Shown here: piece after piece, positions 12,318-22,235 of the stretch | Position numbering within the stretch: the first letter of the stretch is position 1 | Layout: every line of letters starts with the position of its first letter | Assembly (NCBI GenBank): GCA_050575255.1 | Contig: JBNZDD010013635.1 | Span: 2,601,734-2,665,733, forward strand | Reading direction: 5' to 3' | Origin: Harriotta raleighana | Lineage: Eukaryota | Length of the DNA stretch: 64,000 bases | Made by a program: the position numbers and the translations under genes | The notes under the pieces: generated by a model | What the model was told of the DNA's origin: nothing | Seen by the model: only the letters and a program-made list of their open reading frames with translations | Database searches by the model: none

Positions 12318-14517
12318 TGTGTGGATGCACTATCTTGCTGTATCCCCATTTTGCTGAAGTTGCAGAGCTACACGTCATACCTGAGTGATAANCTTGCTGA
12401 ATCCCCATTTTGCTGAAGTTGCAGAGCTACACGTCATACCTGAGTGATAAGTGAAGATTTAAGTGGTCGGATTTTGGTCCATGCTCCAGCCGGTTCATTA
12501 GCTGCCTCGACAGAAACAACTTTCTCAGGGAGAGGGGGGAAGGCTTCCTTGTAGGTCGGAACCACATCGGTCTCATCTTCAGAACCAACATTTGCTAGAG
12601 ATGAAATAGGACAATCACTTAGTGTTTGAAAATGTGACCAGGATAATGACATTGAAGGTAAGAGTGTACAGCCTTAAAACAAATTGAACCAAGTTTGCAG
12701 TAAAGCATGACTAATCATAGAATCATCGAATGTTACGGCACAGAAGGAGGCCATTCGGCCCATCGAGTCTGTGTCGGCTCTTTGACAGAGCAATGTCATT
12801 TTCATTAACCCCAATCACCAGCTTTCTCCCCATAACCCTGCAAATCCATCTTCCCCAGACACCTATCTAGTTCTCTCTTAAAAGCTGCTATCGAATCAGA
12901 CCTCACTACCCTTTCAGGCAGATCATTCCAAATTCTAACAATTCGCTGAGTTCTTCTAACCTCCACTCTCTTCTTTTGGTAGATATCTTAAGATTTTGAC
13001 CACGGGTCACAGACACACCTACCAGGGGAAACAGCTTTTCCCTATCTAGCTTGTCAAAACCTTTCATGATCTTGAAGACCTCCATCAGGTCCCCGAGTAA
13101 CCTTCTCTGCTCTAATGGGAAAAGTCCCACTTTTCCAGCCTGTCCTCTAGTTAAGGTTCCCCATTCCTGGAATCATTCTCATGAATCTCCTCTGCACTCT
13201 TTCCAGTGCATTAAAGTCCTTCCTGAAGTAAGGTGCCCAGAACTGGAAGCAGTACTCCAGCTGAGGTCTAACCAGTGTTTTGTATAGATTAACCATAACC
13301 TCCCTATTCTTATACTCTATGCTCAGTACACCAAATGCCTTTTTTACTGCCTTATCTACCTGCCCTACCTTTAATGATTCGCTTACCTGAACACCCAGAT
13401 CTCTCTGTACGTTCACCCCCCCTTAAGACTGAGCTACCAAGACTATAATGCCTCCTATCATTTTTCCTACCTAAGTATATCACCTCATCTGTACACTAAA
13501 TTATTTGGCTAATCTTATGAATTAACAAAACAAAATTAAAGACCATGCAATTTCCTTGCTCTCCCTGTTGCATTTACACAACTTCATCACTGAAGTCTTG
13601 AAAGCGCAATGCATGCCTGCAAGAAGATGGTTTCGAACAGCAAACGATTGAAAAGATGAGAAAATCCTCTTTCCTCCTTATCCTACTTTTTTAAAAATGT
13701 TTAGAAATATTAGTAACCAATCATTTAAAGCACCCCAGGGGAATATTTAGAAGCAATGTTTGCACTGACTGGAAGTTGAAACACTGTGTATGTATATTTA
13801 AAAAAAAGTCTTTCTGCAAAAGATATGCCACTGCAGGCATCCGCGAGGAAGCTCTTTGTGTAAGCAGCATACACCTCTGAATGGGATCTTTGTGTAAAGG
13901 AAGTTATTACTGAACAGCAGTAGGAATGTAGGATAGCTCAGGTGGGAACAGTGAGGTGTAACAGCAACTTAGAGAGGAAAGGAGAAATGATCTGAATTCT
14001 CAGACACACAAATATATTCAACCTGGATTGCTAACTGATGTTTTGCTGTGAGCCATAATGTTAATCTTTCTTACACACCTGCAGTCATCAGCCTGCTACG
14101 TCAGTCATTCTGTAACAGAGCACTACAAGTTTAAGAAGTTCAAGCTGTTCTATGTACATTCTCTTCCTACAAAAGAGGAACAATGATACCGTATCTTGCT
14201 CCAACAGTGCAGCCAAGAACACTAAAAACTTGCCCGGCTGAGTCAGTGACCAACAGATAGATAAGATGGTTATGAGGACAGAGGAGACTTGCCAGACTTA
14301 AATCAGCCCAGAATGTTAACTCAATTCACTCCATTCTGTGTTAATATTGAGATATGTGATGGAGGCTATTGTTGGAAGGGTCTGCAGGTATTGATTTAAC
14401 CTGTACAATAGTCAAAAGTAGCTGGAAGCCCTGGCACTGACCTTTGGCTTGCTGTTCACTGAGGCCGCTCCTGTGCTCAGCAAAGCTTTCAGGCGTCAGT
14501 ACTGCTACGGAGCTCAT
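26..14517 (-). CDS. HDLBP: HDLBP/vigilin multi-KH RNA-binding protein; spliced CDS of 19 exons, 2886 nt (962 codons), C-terminal part lies beyond the left edge
   Basis: Exons join in frame with GT-AG ends. Starts [18 protein letters not shown] and has repeated KH motifs ([72 protein letters not shown]). Confidence 0.98.
365..787 (+). mobile_element. tRNA-derived SINE with L2-like tail (internal duplication at N572 is an assembly artefact)
   Basis: A box TAGCTCAGTGG, B-box-like GGATTCAATTCC, core GCTGTGCGCAATTGGCTG, tail GCGCTATATCA..TGCAAGG(ATT)n. Confidence 0.9.
1146..1284 (-). CDS. HDLBP: HDLBP coding exon 18 (EAQVTIEC...EREENP)
   Basis: 139 nt, cag|...|gtacaa, ends phase 1. Confidence 0.95.
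1380..1598 (-). CDS. HDLBP: HDLBP coding exon 17 (DNVIEDVM...IIEDL)
   Basis: 219 nt, cag|...|gtaagg. Confidence 0.96.
2192..2413 (-). CDS. HDLBP: HDLBP coding exon 16 ([10 protein letters not shown]...LIKNL)
   Basis: 222 nt, tag|...|gtaagg. Confidence 0.96.
2725..2943 (-). CDS. HDLBP: HDLBP coding exon 15 (ANITEVEV...LAEEK)
   Basis: 219 nt, cag|...|gtaacc. Confidence 0.96.
3665..3796 (-). CDS. HDLBP: HDLBP coding exon 14 ([12 protein letters not shown]...IQKEL)
   Basis: 132 nt, cag|...|gtacaa. Confidence 0.95.
4298..4384 (-). CDS. HDLBP: HDLBP coding exon 13 (VENSFSVSV...GANIKK)
   Basis: 87 nt, cag|...|gtgtgt. Confidence 0.95.
4411..4980. mobile_element. Tc1/mariner (Tigger/pogo-like) MITE, copy 1, centre hidden by an N gap
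   Basis: TIR CAGGCAGTCCTC...GAGGACTGCCTG with TA on both sides. Confidence 0.9.
5708..5821 (-). CDS. HDLBP: HDLBP coding exon 12 ([11 protein letters not shown]...VVAEL)
   Basis: 114 nt, cag|...|gtaaga. Confidence 0.95.
5919..6023 (-). CDS. HDLBP: HDLBP coding exon 11 ([10 protein letters not shown]...DKFPE)
   Basis: 105 nt, cag|...|gtaagg. Confidence 0.95.
6544..6683 (-). CDS. HDLBP: HDLBP coding exon 10 (NRIKELYKV...LASRM)
   Basis: 140 nt, tag|...|gtgagt. Confidence 0.95.
7370..7448 (-). CDS. HDLBP: HDLBP coding exon 9 ([26 protein letters not shown])
   Basis: 79 nt, cag|...|gtaagt, ends phase 1. Confidence 0.95.
7991..8095 (-). CDS. HDLBP: HDLBP coding exon 8 ([10 protein letters not shown]...VEDL)
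   Basis: 105 nt, cag|...|gtgagt. Confidence 0.95.
8400..8507 (-). CDS. HDLBP: HDLBP coding exon 7 (ANSFRVATL...QQTPK)
   Basis: 108 nt, caag|...|gtacag. Confidence 0.94.
8992..9198 (-). CDS. HDLBP: HDLBP coding exon 6 ([11 protein letters not shown]...EVYAK)
   Basis: 207 nt, cag|...|gtaagt. Confidence 0.96.
9614..9829 (-). CDS. HDLBP: HDLBP coding exon 5 ([12 protein letters not shown]...IYEEK)
   Basis: 216 nt, tag|...|gtaagg. Confidence 0.96.
9976..10130. mobile_element. One-ended remnant of the 53911 MITE family, opposite orientation, next to (TA)n
   Basis: Reverse-complement match to about 54530-54660. Confidence 0.8.
10255..10562. repeat. Mixed (GA)/(CA) microsatellite
   Basis: Direct reading. 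Confidence 0.95.
10950..11285 (-). mobile_element. L2 LINE 3' fragment
   Basis: Reverse complement of the L2 tail seen at 40200-40550. Confidence 0.8.
11510..11716 (-). CDS. HDLBP: HDLBP coding exon 4 ([20 protein letters not shown]...SAEQ)
   Basis: 207 nt, tag|...|gtatat, KH GxxG loop. Confidence 0.96.
11957..12172 (-). CDS. HDLBP: HDLBP coding exon 3 ([10 protein letters not shown]...KLQTQ)
   Basis: 216 nt, cag|...|gtaatt. Confidence 0.96.
12440..12594 (-). CDS. HDLBP: HDLBP coding exon 2 ([10 protein letters not shown]...KSSLITQ)
   Basis: ctctag| acceptor, CAG|gtatga donor, 155 nt, phase 1 to 0. Confidence 0.93.
12717..13490 (-). mobile_element. CR1-clade LINE 3' fragment (degraded ORF2 C-terminus and 3' UTR)
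   Basis: [43 protein letters not shown] motifs; (ATTCTATG)-type tail. Confidence 0.93.
14442..14517 (-). CDS. HDLBP: HDLBP coding exon 1 (whole exon 14442-14554 includes 37 nt of UTR): [25 protein letters not shown]
   Basis: Acceptor tttcag|TGG at 14554, acaATGagc, donor AAG|gtcagt; 76 coding nt. Absent from the ORF track. Confidence 0.95.
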
Positions 14518-15992
14518 TGTCGATATCCCACGTACACGAGGTCCGGGTATGCCACTGAAATAACAACCACGATTACATATCCTGCAACCTCAAACATAGG
14601 CTCAGTATCTTCCACTGAACAATCATTGTGGCATGTGTTGAAAATGGAGCAACCGGTACATTAAATCCTTTCCATGTCCTTTAAATGCAGCTGAGAAGTA
14701 GACACTTTGGATAGAACTCTTCATGCAACGCTATGGAATTTGTTTCAGATGTCATCATAACTCATGGCATTGGCACGTGCTCTATTCTGTGCTGCATAAA
14801 TGCTCACCATGAGAATAATAAGGGAGTCAATGGGAGAAATCTTGTATAATTAGATTAGTTCTTTCAAGAGAAAAGGTGCTCAAATGGAAACTGAAGACCA
14901 CCACGCTATACCCAAGACCTAAGATGATAGATTTAACCAATATAAATTAGTTAGCTCTCTCTCTCCCACCATATATATTGCCAATAAAAACAAGAGACAA
15001 CATACAGAGGTAAATCTCTAGGATTGAACAGAATTTTTTTTTAGGAATTAAGTTCTTGGGAGTGCATCCCACCACTTAACCTTTATTTGGGCGATAGATC
15101 ATACATCTGAAGTTATGCAAATATCAAAGGACTTGCATCTAACGTCACGAGAAATACTTAGAAACCTTTGAGCATAACGTATATCTAATCATCCAAGTAT
15201 TCTGTAACATTTAACATCTTTATGGATTGCAGACACAAATCTTCATAAATGTAATACAAAGCTGTCAACGGGAAGCAGTCTGCTTCAAGTAAAGCAGTCA
15301 TTCCAATTTGTCAGCTTCACAGTTTCCATTTATACCAGGAAGACATGATCTCAGATGGAAACAATGACAAAATTATATTTGTATAGCTATACATTTGTAT
15401 AGCGCCTTTCATGTCGGGAGCACGTCCCAAGGCGCTGATATCAATAATCCGTGAATGGGCAGAGAAATGTTACATGGACAGAAATAAAGGCTGCAATCAC
15501 ATAGCATTCAACACATTAATGAGACTGTTAGTAAGGGGAAGGCAAATGTTTGTACATTCTGTGTTCGATACTGGGAATGAACGATATGCAGTAATGTACC
15601 CAAAACAGAGGGAAAACCAAATAACTCAGAAAATACGTACAGGAAAGACAAAACAATCACCACCCAGAACAGATAGGTTAACATTTGGGTTTATGAACTT
15701 TCAAAATTCTGTTAAATTCTGAGAATAAAAATTCTCCTTAGATGCAAGTGAAAAAACAGCTCTGGCATTTCCTGTTTTCAGTTAAAATAGAATAACTGGG
15801 TCTTCATGGCAAATTGATGTTCTATATTTGACTCAGGTGCAATTAAATGTTCAATATTGAACACAGGATGCAATATATTTGGACTGTAGTGTTGAGTATG
15901 CTTTGCTTCAAATGTGACTCATCTTGCGTCTAAATAGCCAGTGTTGACCAGTTTATAAGGTGAAATAATGTACAAAATGGGTATGCCCTTAC

Positions 15993-16068
15993 CAGCTAAA
16001 TGGTCAGTTGCCAGAAAGTCCGTCCTGTGAAAGGCTTCCCGTCCGCGTCAGCCTGCCAGCTTTTTGAT
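15993..16068 (-). other. HDLBP: HDLBP 5'-UTR internal exon (76 nt)
   Basis: cttttacag|ATCAAAAAGCTGGCAGGCTGAC...TTTAGCTG|gtaagg. Strong splice sites; resembles my recollection of the mammalian HDLBP leader exon. Confidence 0.8.
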
Positions 16069-16364
16069 CTGTAAAAGAGCAGATGGTCAAGAAATGCTCA
16101 AACACCTTGGAAGCCACAGAACCACACCTGCAGGCAGGTCTCTAAACAGCGTTTGCCACCACAAACAAGACTAAAATTGGAATCCAGTCTGATTGGCACA
16201 GATTTAAACAGCTAATGCTAAAGTGGACACCCTAGAGGAGACCAACTGATTGTTAACACAGCTGCAGGAAAGCAAGATTTCTCATACCCTTTCTCATCCC
16301 CCTGCTCCAATTAAACCCTTCCACTCTTCCCACCCCTCACACTAACTAGATTAGTAGATAACTA

Positions 16365-16613
16365 GGAGTTCCATGGCTCTGTGGTTAGAGTACGTGTCTA
16401 GCAAGCAAGCGACCTGGGTTTGATTCCCTCAAGCAAAAATAAATAACTTAGTCACTTCAATCCAAGACTATTTGTGGGACATTGCTGTGCACAATTGGCT
16501 GTTGTGTTTTTCCCACAAATAATCAATTCACTTAAAAGTATTTTCTGTGAAATACAGAAATGTCTAAACGACTTGAAAAGCGCTATATCAAATGCAAGGA
16601 TTATTATTATTAT
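16365..16613 (+). mobile_element. tRNA-derived SINE, same family
   Basis: Same head, core and (ATT)n tail. Confidence 0.88.
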
Positions 16614-19600
16614 GCAGCACCCCATACTCCACTTATTCTCTTAAACCACAAAGTAAGCCTGAGAGTACAAAGCAATAGATCCAACAACTTGTTAAAACTG
16701 ACAAGAAATAAAGAACTTTGAATTTCTTTGACCTGTTAAATTAAAGAGCAATGATATATACATGATAGCAATTGAATGCGTTTGTTTTTTTTAATATAAA
16801 AGGCAGAACATTCTGGGGTGCTTGGTTGTAGTAAACACTGTTACAACACTGTTGGGACTTATTTATTTCAGATCCTGAGGCAACTCTGCATCAAAAATAA
16901 CTCGGGGTCCCAGGTGACAACAATCTGTTGCTGATAGAAACTCAAATCAGGGTACAGTTTCATAGGCAACACTAGTTCTAGTACATCACTCAAGTAGCCG
17001 TGGGCATATAAATCTACAGATTCTGTGGTTTATATAGATGGTGGGGAGGGGGTAACTGCAGCAGGATACAAAGGCCAGCAATGAGAAGAGGGCAATGTAA
17101 CTGTATTTTAAACTCACAGATTAGGAGCACAAAGTCAGTTCCACTTTTCCTGCTGCCAGTCAGGCTAATCAGTGCAAGCCAGGGATGAACTTGGGACTTC
17201 CTCAGGTCCGCGTGGTTCAACATTACACCACCTAGCACCTAAACCCAATGACTCACCAGTACCTCATTCAAATTATGAAACTCAAAGTGGCTTTCCAGAC
17301 AAAAGGTTTGGAAGGGTAGGTAAGACCTTTATAATCTAAAAAAAACACTGCTGGGTATTTGTTTTACTCTACACACAACATTTTAGGTTGCTGAACTCTT
17401 GGTGATGTGTTTGCTGGATCATTTTGCAAGAGCTGGGAGCAAATGGCTTGTGTCCGGACTCTACTGTAGATTTCACATATTATTTTCTCATGATCAATTA
17501 CTTAAGCAAATTCTAGCTTTGCACAAATATTGTTCCAATCAAAGAGTATTGGGGAAGGAGGCAGTAGTTATCACTGTTTGCTCAGCTATACCACACTGGA
17601 CCTGCTAACAGGTGAAAATTGGAGCTTGAGGGACCCATTTATACTTGACTTGCAACAACTCGGCACTAAAAATATCACCAGGTCCCAAGGCGGAAAGCTA
17701 CCCATGGCTAATTGTACCACGTTCCGACGAGGGAATTGTTGAACAGTGTTGTTAAGAGGTGCAGTTCAGGTTCAAGATAAATTTAAAGGGGTAATATTCA
17801 AAGAGAAGGGAGCTTCGTCTACCCAACCCGTGGCCAACAATCTCCAGATAAAAAGCCATTTGTTTCATGGGTATCAGTAGGACCTTGCAGGGTACAAAAT
17901 GGCTAATGTGTTTGCCGACAAAAATAGTCACCAAATTACTGTACAGCATTGAGAATCAATCAGAAGACAAATGAGTGCAGATTTCCCCCACTAGTGTAGG
18001 GAGTAGCACAGCAGCCAGCAGTGAAAACACCTAGCTTTACAAAGCACACATGGTTGGATTGTGGTGGGGGTAAGGAGAATGGGGAGACAATTGTTAGCCA
18101 ATATCTGGTGTGCTAGTCTGTGTGTACCAAGGCCTAATCTATTTTACATGGGATAAATCCTGTCACAGTGCTGATTACCAGAGCAAACACCACTTCCTCT
18201 TAACATAAATGAACCTAGACCTATATTTGCTCAAACATCTCATAATCGAATGACCCCACAACAGCCTCTCTGCCCCCACACTTTGGAACTCCATCCCACA
18301 GCCCCTCCGCCTTGCTTCCTCCCTTCACGGCCGGTCTCAAGACCTTCCTTCTTCGACCGCGCCATCGGCTTCCCCCCCCCCCCCCCCCCCCCCCCCCCNN
18401 NNNNNNNNNNNNNNNNNNNNNNNNNNNNNNNNNNNNNNNNNNNNNNNNNNNNNNNNNNNNNNNNNNNNNNNNNNNNNNNNNNNNNNNNNNNNNNNNNNNN
18501 NNNNNNNNNNNNNNNNNNNNNNNNNNNNNNNNNNNNNNNNNNNNNNNNNCCCCCCCCACTCTTCCCCCTCTCCCATTCTCCTTCCCCCACCCCCAACCCT
18601 CCCCCCTGCTCGGGTCCCAACCTGACTGTTCAGCTCTTTGGGACATCCTCCTGACGTGAAAGGTGCTATACAAGTGTAATTTTGTTGTTGTTGCCAATGA
18701 TCACACAGATTTCCAACTCTACCTCTCATTATACATTGGATTTAATTTTTCAATCCCTCCTTGGGGCACAGATGAAACTCGGATGCAGTGCTAGGTTTGC
18801 TTTTCAGGCTGAAATATGTACTGAATAAGAAAACTTCTGGCACCTTAATGGGAAGGATGAGCTCCCTGTCAGTATACATCTGAACAACAGAAAGGAGCTT
18901 GCTGTTGTTTGCTCAACACATTGTGCACATCCAGCCTAAGCCCCCTCCACATTTACGGACAAGACATCAATAAGCAGAACTTCAGAATATTTTCCTGCTA
19001 GGTATACAATAACTCCAGATTCACAGCAAGTGATCCCCTCCCACACCCCCACTAGATAAAACAATTCTATGTGTGCAGCCTTAAGCTTCTTCACCACATG
19101 TACTTTGGGCCCAAGTTGGAGCATTAGATTCTCCATTCTTAACAAGGCTTTTAAATTGAAACTCGCATCTAAAGAATATTTTCTGCACTTGAACCTATGT
19201 AAACACCTTAAGAGCAATTCAATGAATATCCTGAGCTAATGATGAGCCAATTTAATTTCATTAGGTTATTTGTTTCCCTTTGTTAGCCTATTACTTATTG
19301 TTAGGACAGATAATACCTGGTTCTGCCAACCCTCTTTGTAACTATCCATGAATAGCAACTGATTTATCCCATTTTCACATGGGATAGCTCCCACTTGCCT
19401 CTCAGAACGAGATCACTCTTTCATCCACATTGCGTTGCTTCCTCAAATATAAAGCACCCACTGATTTTCTGAAGCACAGGATGTGCTTGCATGCATACAG
19501 CTCAACAAATGACAATGCAGAGAGGGAACTGGGTCTAATCTATCAGCACATGGACTTCCTATGTCACTGTCATTTGCCAACAACGAATGGGCAACAGCTC

Positions 19601-20132
19601 TCCTGTTTAAATAAGCAGGTACATTTGTGATAAGCAGCATCTTCAATGGACAGAGCTAATTTCTGGTTAAAATTGCTGCTCCTCGTAAGAGATGATGGCA
19701 AAACATCCTCAATTCTTCACATCCATCCCTACAAGGAACAGAGAAATTGACTAGATCATGAGGGAAGTCACATTTGGTGTCAAAATTCAGATCAATTATA
19801 AAAATCATTAATTTGCGATTGGAAAGGACAACACTGACTGAGGATTATGCACACTTGATGCTATTATTTAAACGACACTACAACAAAATTGCAGAGAGCC
19901 TTCCACATCAGGAGGATGTCCTAAGTATTTGGTGTTTATTAGGATAGATGTTTCAAGTTAGGTTGTGTGACATCTGTTGCTATTTATTGAAGAATGCAAT
20001 GTATTCCTTTTGGAGGGGCTTAATGCATTTTAAAATATATTTTTAAAAATAGCTCATCAACAATAGGCAATTCAATACAAAAAATGTCTGAGGTTCTCCC
20101 CTGCAAGGCCTTTCCAATGAGGCATAAGTCGT

Positions 20133-20411
20133 GGAGTCCTGTGGTTAGAGCACTCGCCTTACATGCGAGAGACGTGGATTCAATTCCCGGCAAGTCAGGG
20201 CGAATCCTTAGGCAAGATTCCTTACTCCACACGCCTGATAACCCCTCCCCACAAAAATGGATATTTCAATGCATGACTGTTTATTGGACACTGCTGGGTG
20301 CAACATGGCTGCCGCGTTTCATCCACAAATAGTCAATTCACATTACAGTATATTCAGCGAAGCACTTTGAGACATCTAGAAGATGTGAAAAGCGCTATAT
20401 CAAATGCAAGG
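20133..20411 (+). mobile_element. tRNA-derived SINE, same family
   Basis: Same head, core and tail. Confidence 0.88.
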
Positions 20412-22035
20412 AGAGGGTATTATAAACAAAATAGGGTGAGGACTGGAGCAAAAAAAAATCTACAATTGCCTGCCCTGAAATTCCAGTTCATGGCTTTTTG
20501 AATTTACATTTTTTTAAAATCTACATGGTTAAAAACTTTTAGTAGTAATTGAGATATCAGCAAATCACAGAAATATTTGCCATTATTTGAGCTTTATGTG
20601 TATCCCTATATAGGTGTACCTTTTACTAGTATTAGACCCCTAAGTGTTCATATCACAGGGAGATAAGGGATGAAAAGAAATCATTCATCCTTTGAAGCTC
20701 GTTAATATTTACTCACCACCTTCTGTCAAGGGCAACAATCCCAACCAATATCCTGTAAGAATATGACAAAACTCTGCACTGGTGATAGGACAACATTGTA
20801 CTCATCAGTGTTACTTTCTATAATAAGACTGCATAAAATACAATATTCATTTCCTAGCTTCCTGGTGCTAAACAGCCTAACTCTGTAAATATTCCACAAC
20901 TGGCGAGGCCATGAATGGAGCCCCCAAAACATTGCAGGTCTGCTCAGAGACATTCTTGAATGGGAAGAAAGTCAGAAATTCACTGTAAACCAAGTACGAA
21001 ACCTTTTCCATTCTATAATCCAACTGCATTTTGAATAATTAGTGCTTTGGAGTCACCTACTGTGCAGTGTTTATTTTCCTCACTATTGAGTACTATGTTA
21101 GTACAATGCCCAAGTCCAGTACTGCTACATTCTCTGTGCCAGTAGGAAGCAGATTATTGGTCAGTCCAGTACTCATATTTCTCAGCATCTACACTATAAA
21201 ATGTACTTGTTATATGAACAAGAGCTCCAAGGTCAATGACGATCGATCCAGAGCCTCAACCTGCTGCCAACTCAGCAGGTTACTCAGGAACTTTGTGTAC
21301 AGAAGCTGAAAACTTTCTCACCATGTATTTACATTGTAATGGCACTGCTCAAGCACAGTCACAGCTCACATGTGGCAGCATTAAATTTGACCTGCCCTTC
21401 CAAAAATCGGTGTGACATTAGTTTGTCAACCAGAAAATAGTAAACACATAAGATATATTTATACAGCGACAGTTTAGAAAAGTGTGGCACTGACATGGGC
21501 ATGCTAACCCTTACTCCAATACATGTTGAACTCCCTGTATAAGCCACAATACAGCAACAGATGCAGCAAGGCTTTTCTTCCCTTTACTGAAACACTCCAG
21601 TGCCGAGAAACACATCAATACAGTTGCTGCACCAAGAGGAGAATTTATGCAAGATCTCTGGGGGGGGGGGGGGGGAGAAAGCTTACAGTTACAAATCTTT
21701 GTTCCATAGAGCATTTCCCGAGCCAAATTTAAACCAAATCTTAAAATGAATTACTGTAAACTATTGACTAGACTTCTAAATATAATTTGCTTTCTCTAAA
21801 GCTTCAATGCAGCTGCAACTTTATTTATTGTGACAAATACAAACTGGAAATACATTTTACATTAGGATCAGGAATTCTCTACAAAAAAGTGTGTTTGGTT
21901 TATTTGAATCTCATGCAATGCGTGATCACCACCACGGCATTTTATCCATCTCAAAGTGCTTCATGGGATGGGAAGGAGTTTCATCCATTGGATTAGGTTT
22001 GCATTGATACAGAATCCACTGTACTCCACTGCCGA

Positions 22036-22235
22036 GTGGCCCCATTTCCGTGTATGTTTGTGGGACACTGCTGTGCGCAATTTGGCTGCCGCGTTTCGCC
22101 CACAAATATACAGTCAGTATTTTCCTGCTTTTCTTCCCCCGACCCCTCCCCCCACTTGACTGTACAGCGCCTTGGGACATCCTCCCGACGTGAAAGGCGC
22201 TATATAAATACAATAAATAAATAAAATAAATAAAT
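22036..22235 (+). mobile_element. 5'-truncated SINE with the same core and a different L2-type tail
   Basis: Core followed by ACTTGACTGTACAGCGCCTTGGGAC..GTGAAAGGCGCTATATAAATA. Confidence 0.8.

Noticed and set aside
12336-12449. Apparent duplicated HDLBP exon end and donor site
   Set aside because: The copies flank a single N (12392), typical of unmerged contig overlap or haplotypes, so probably not a real duplication
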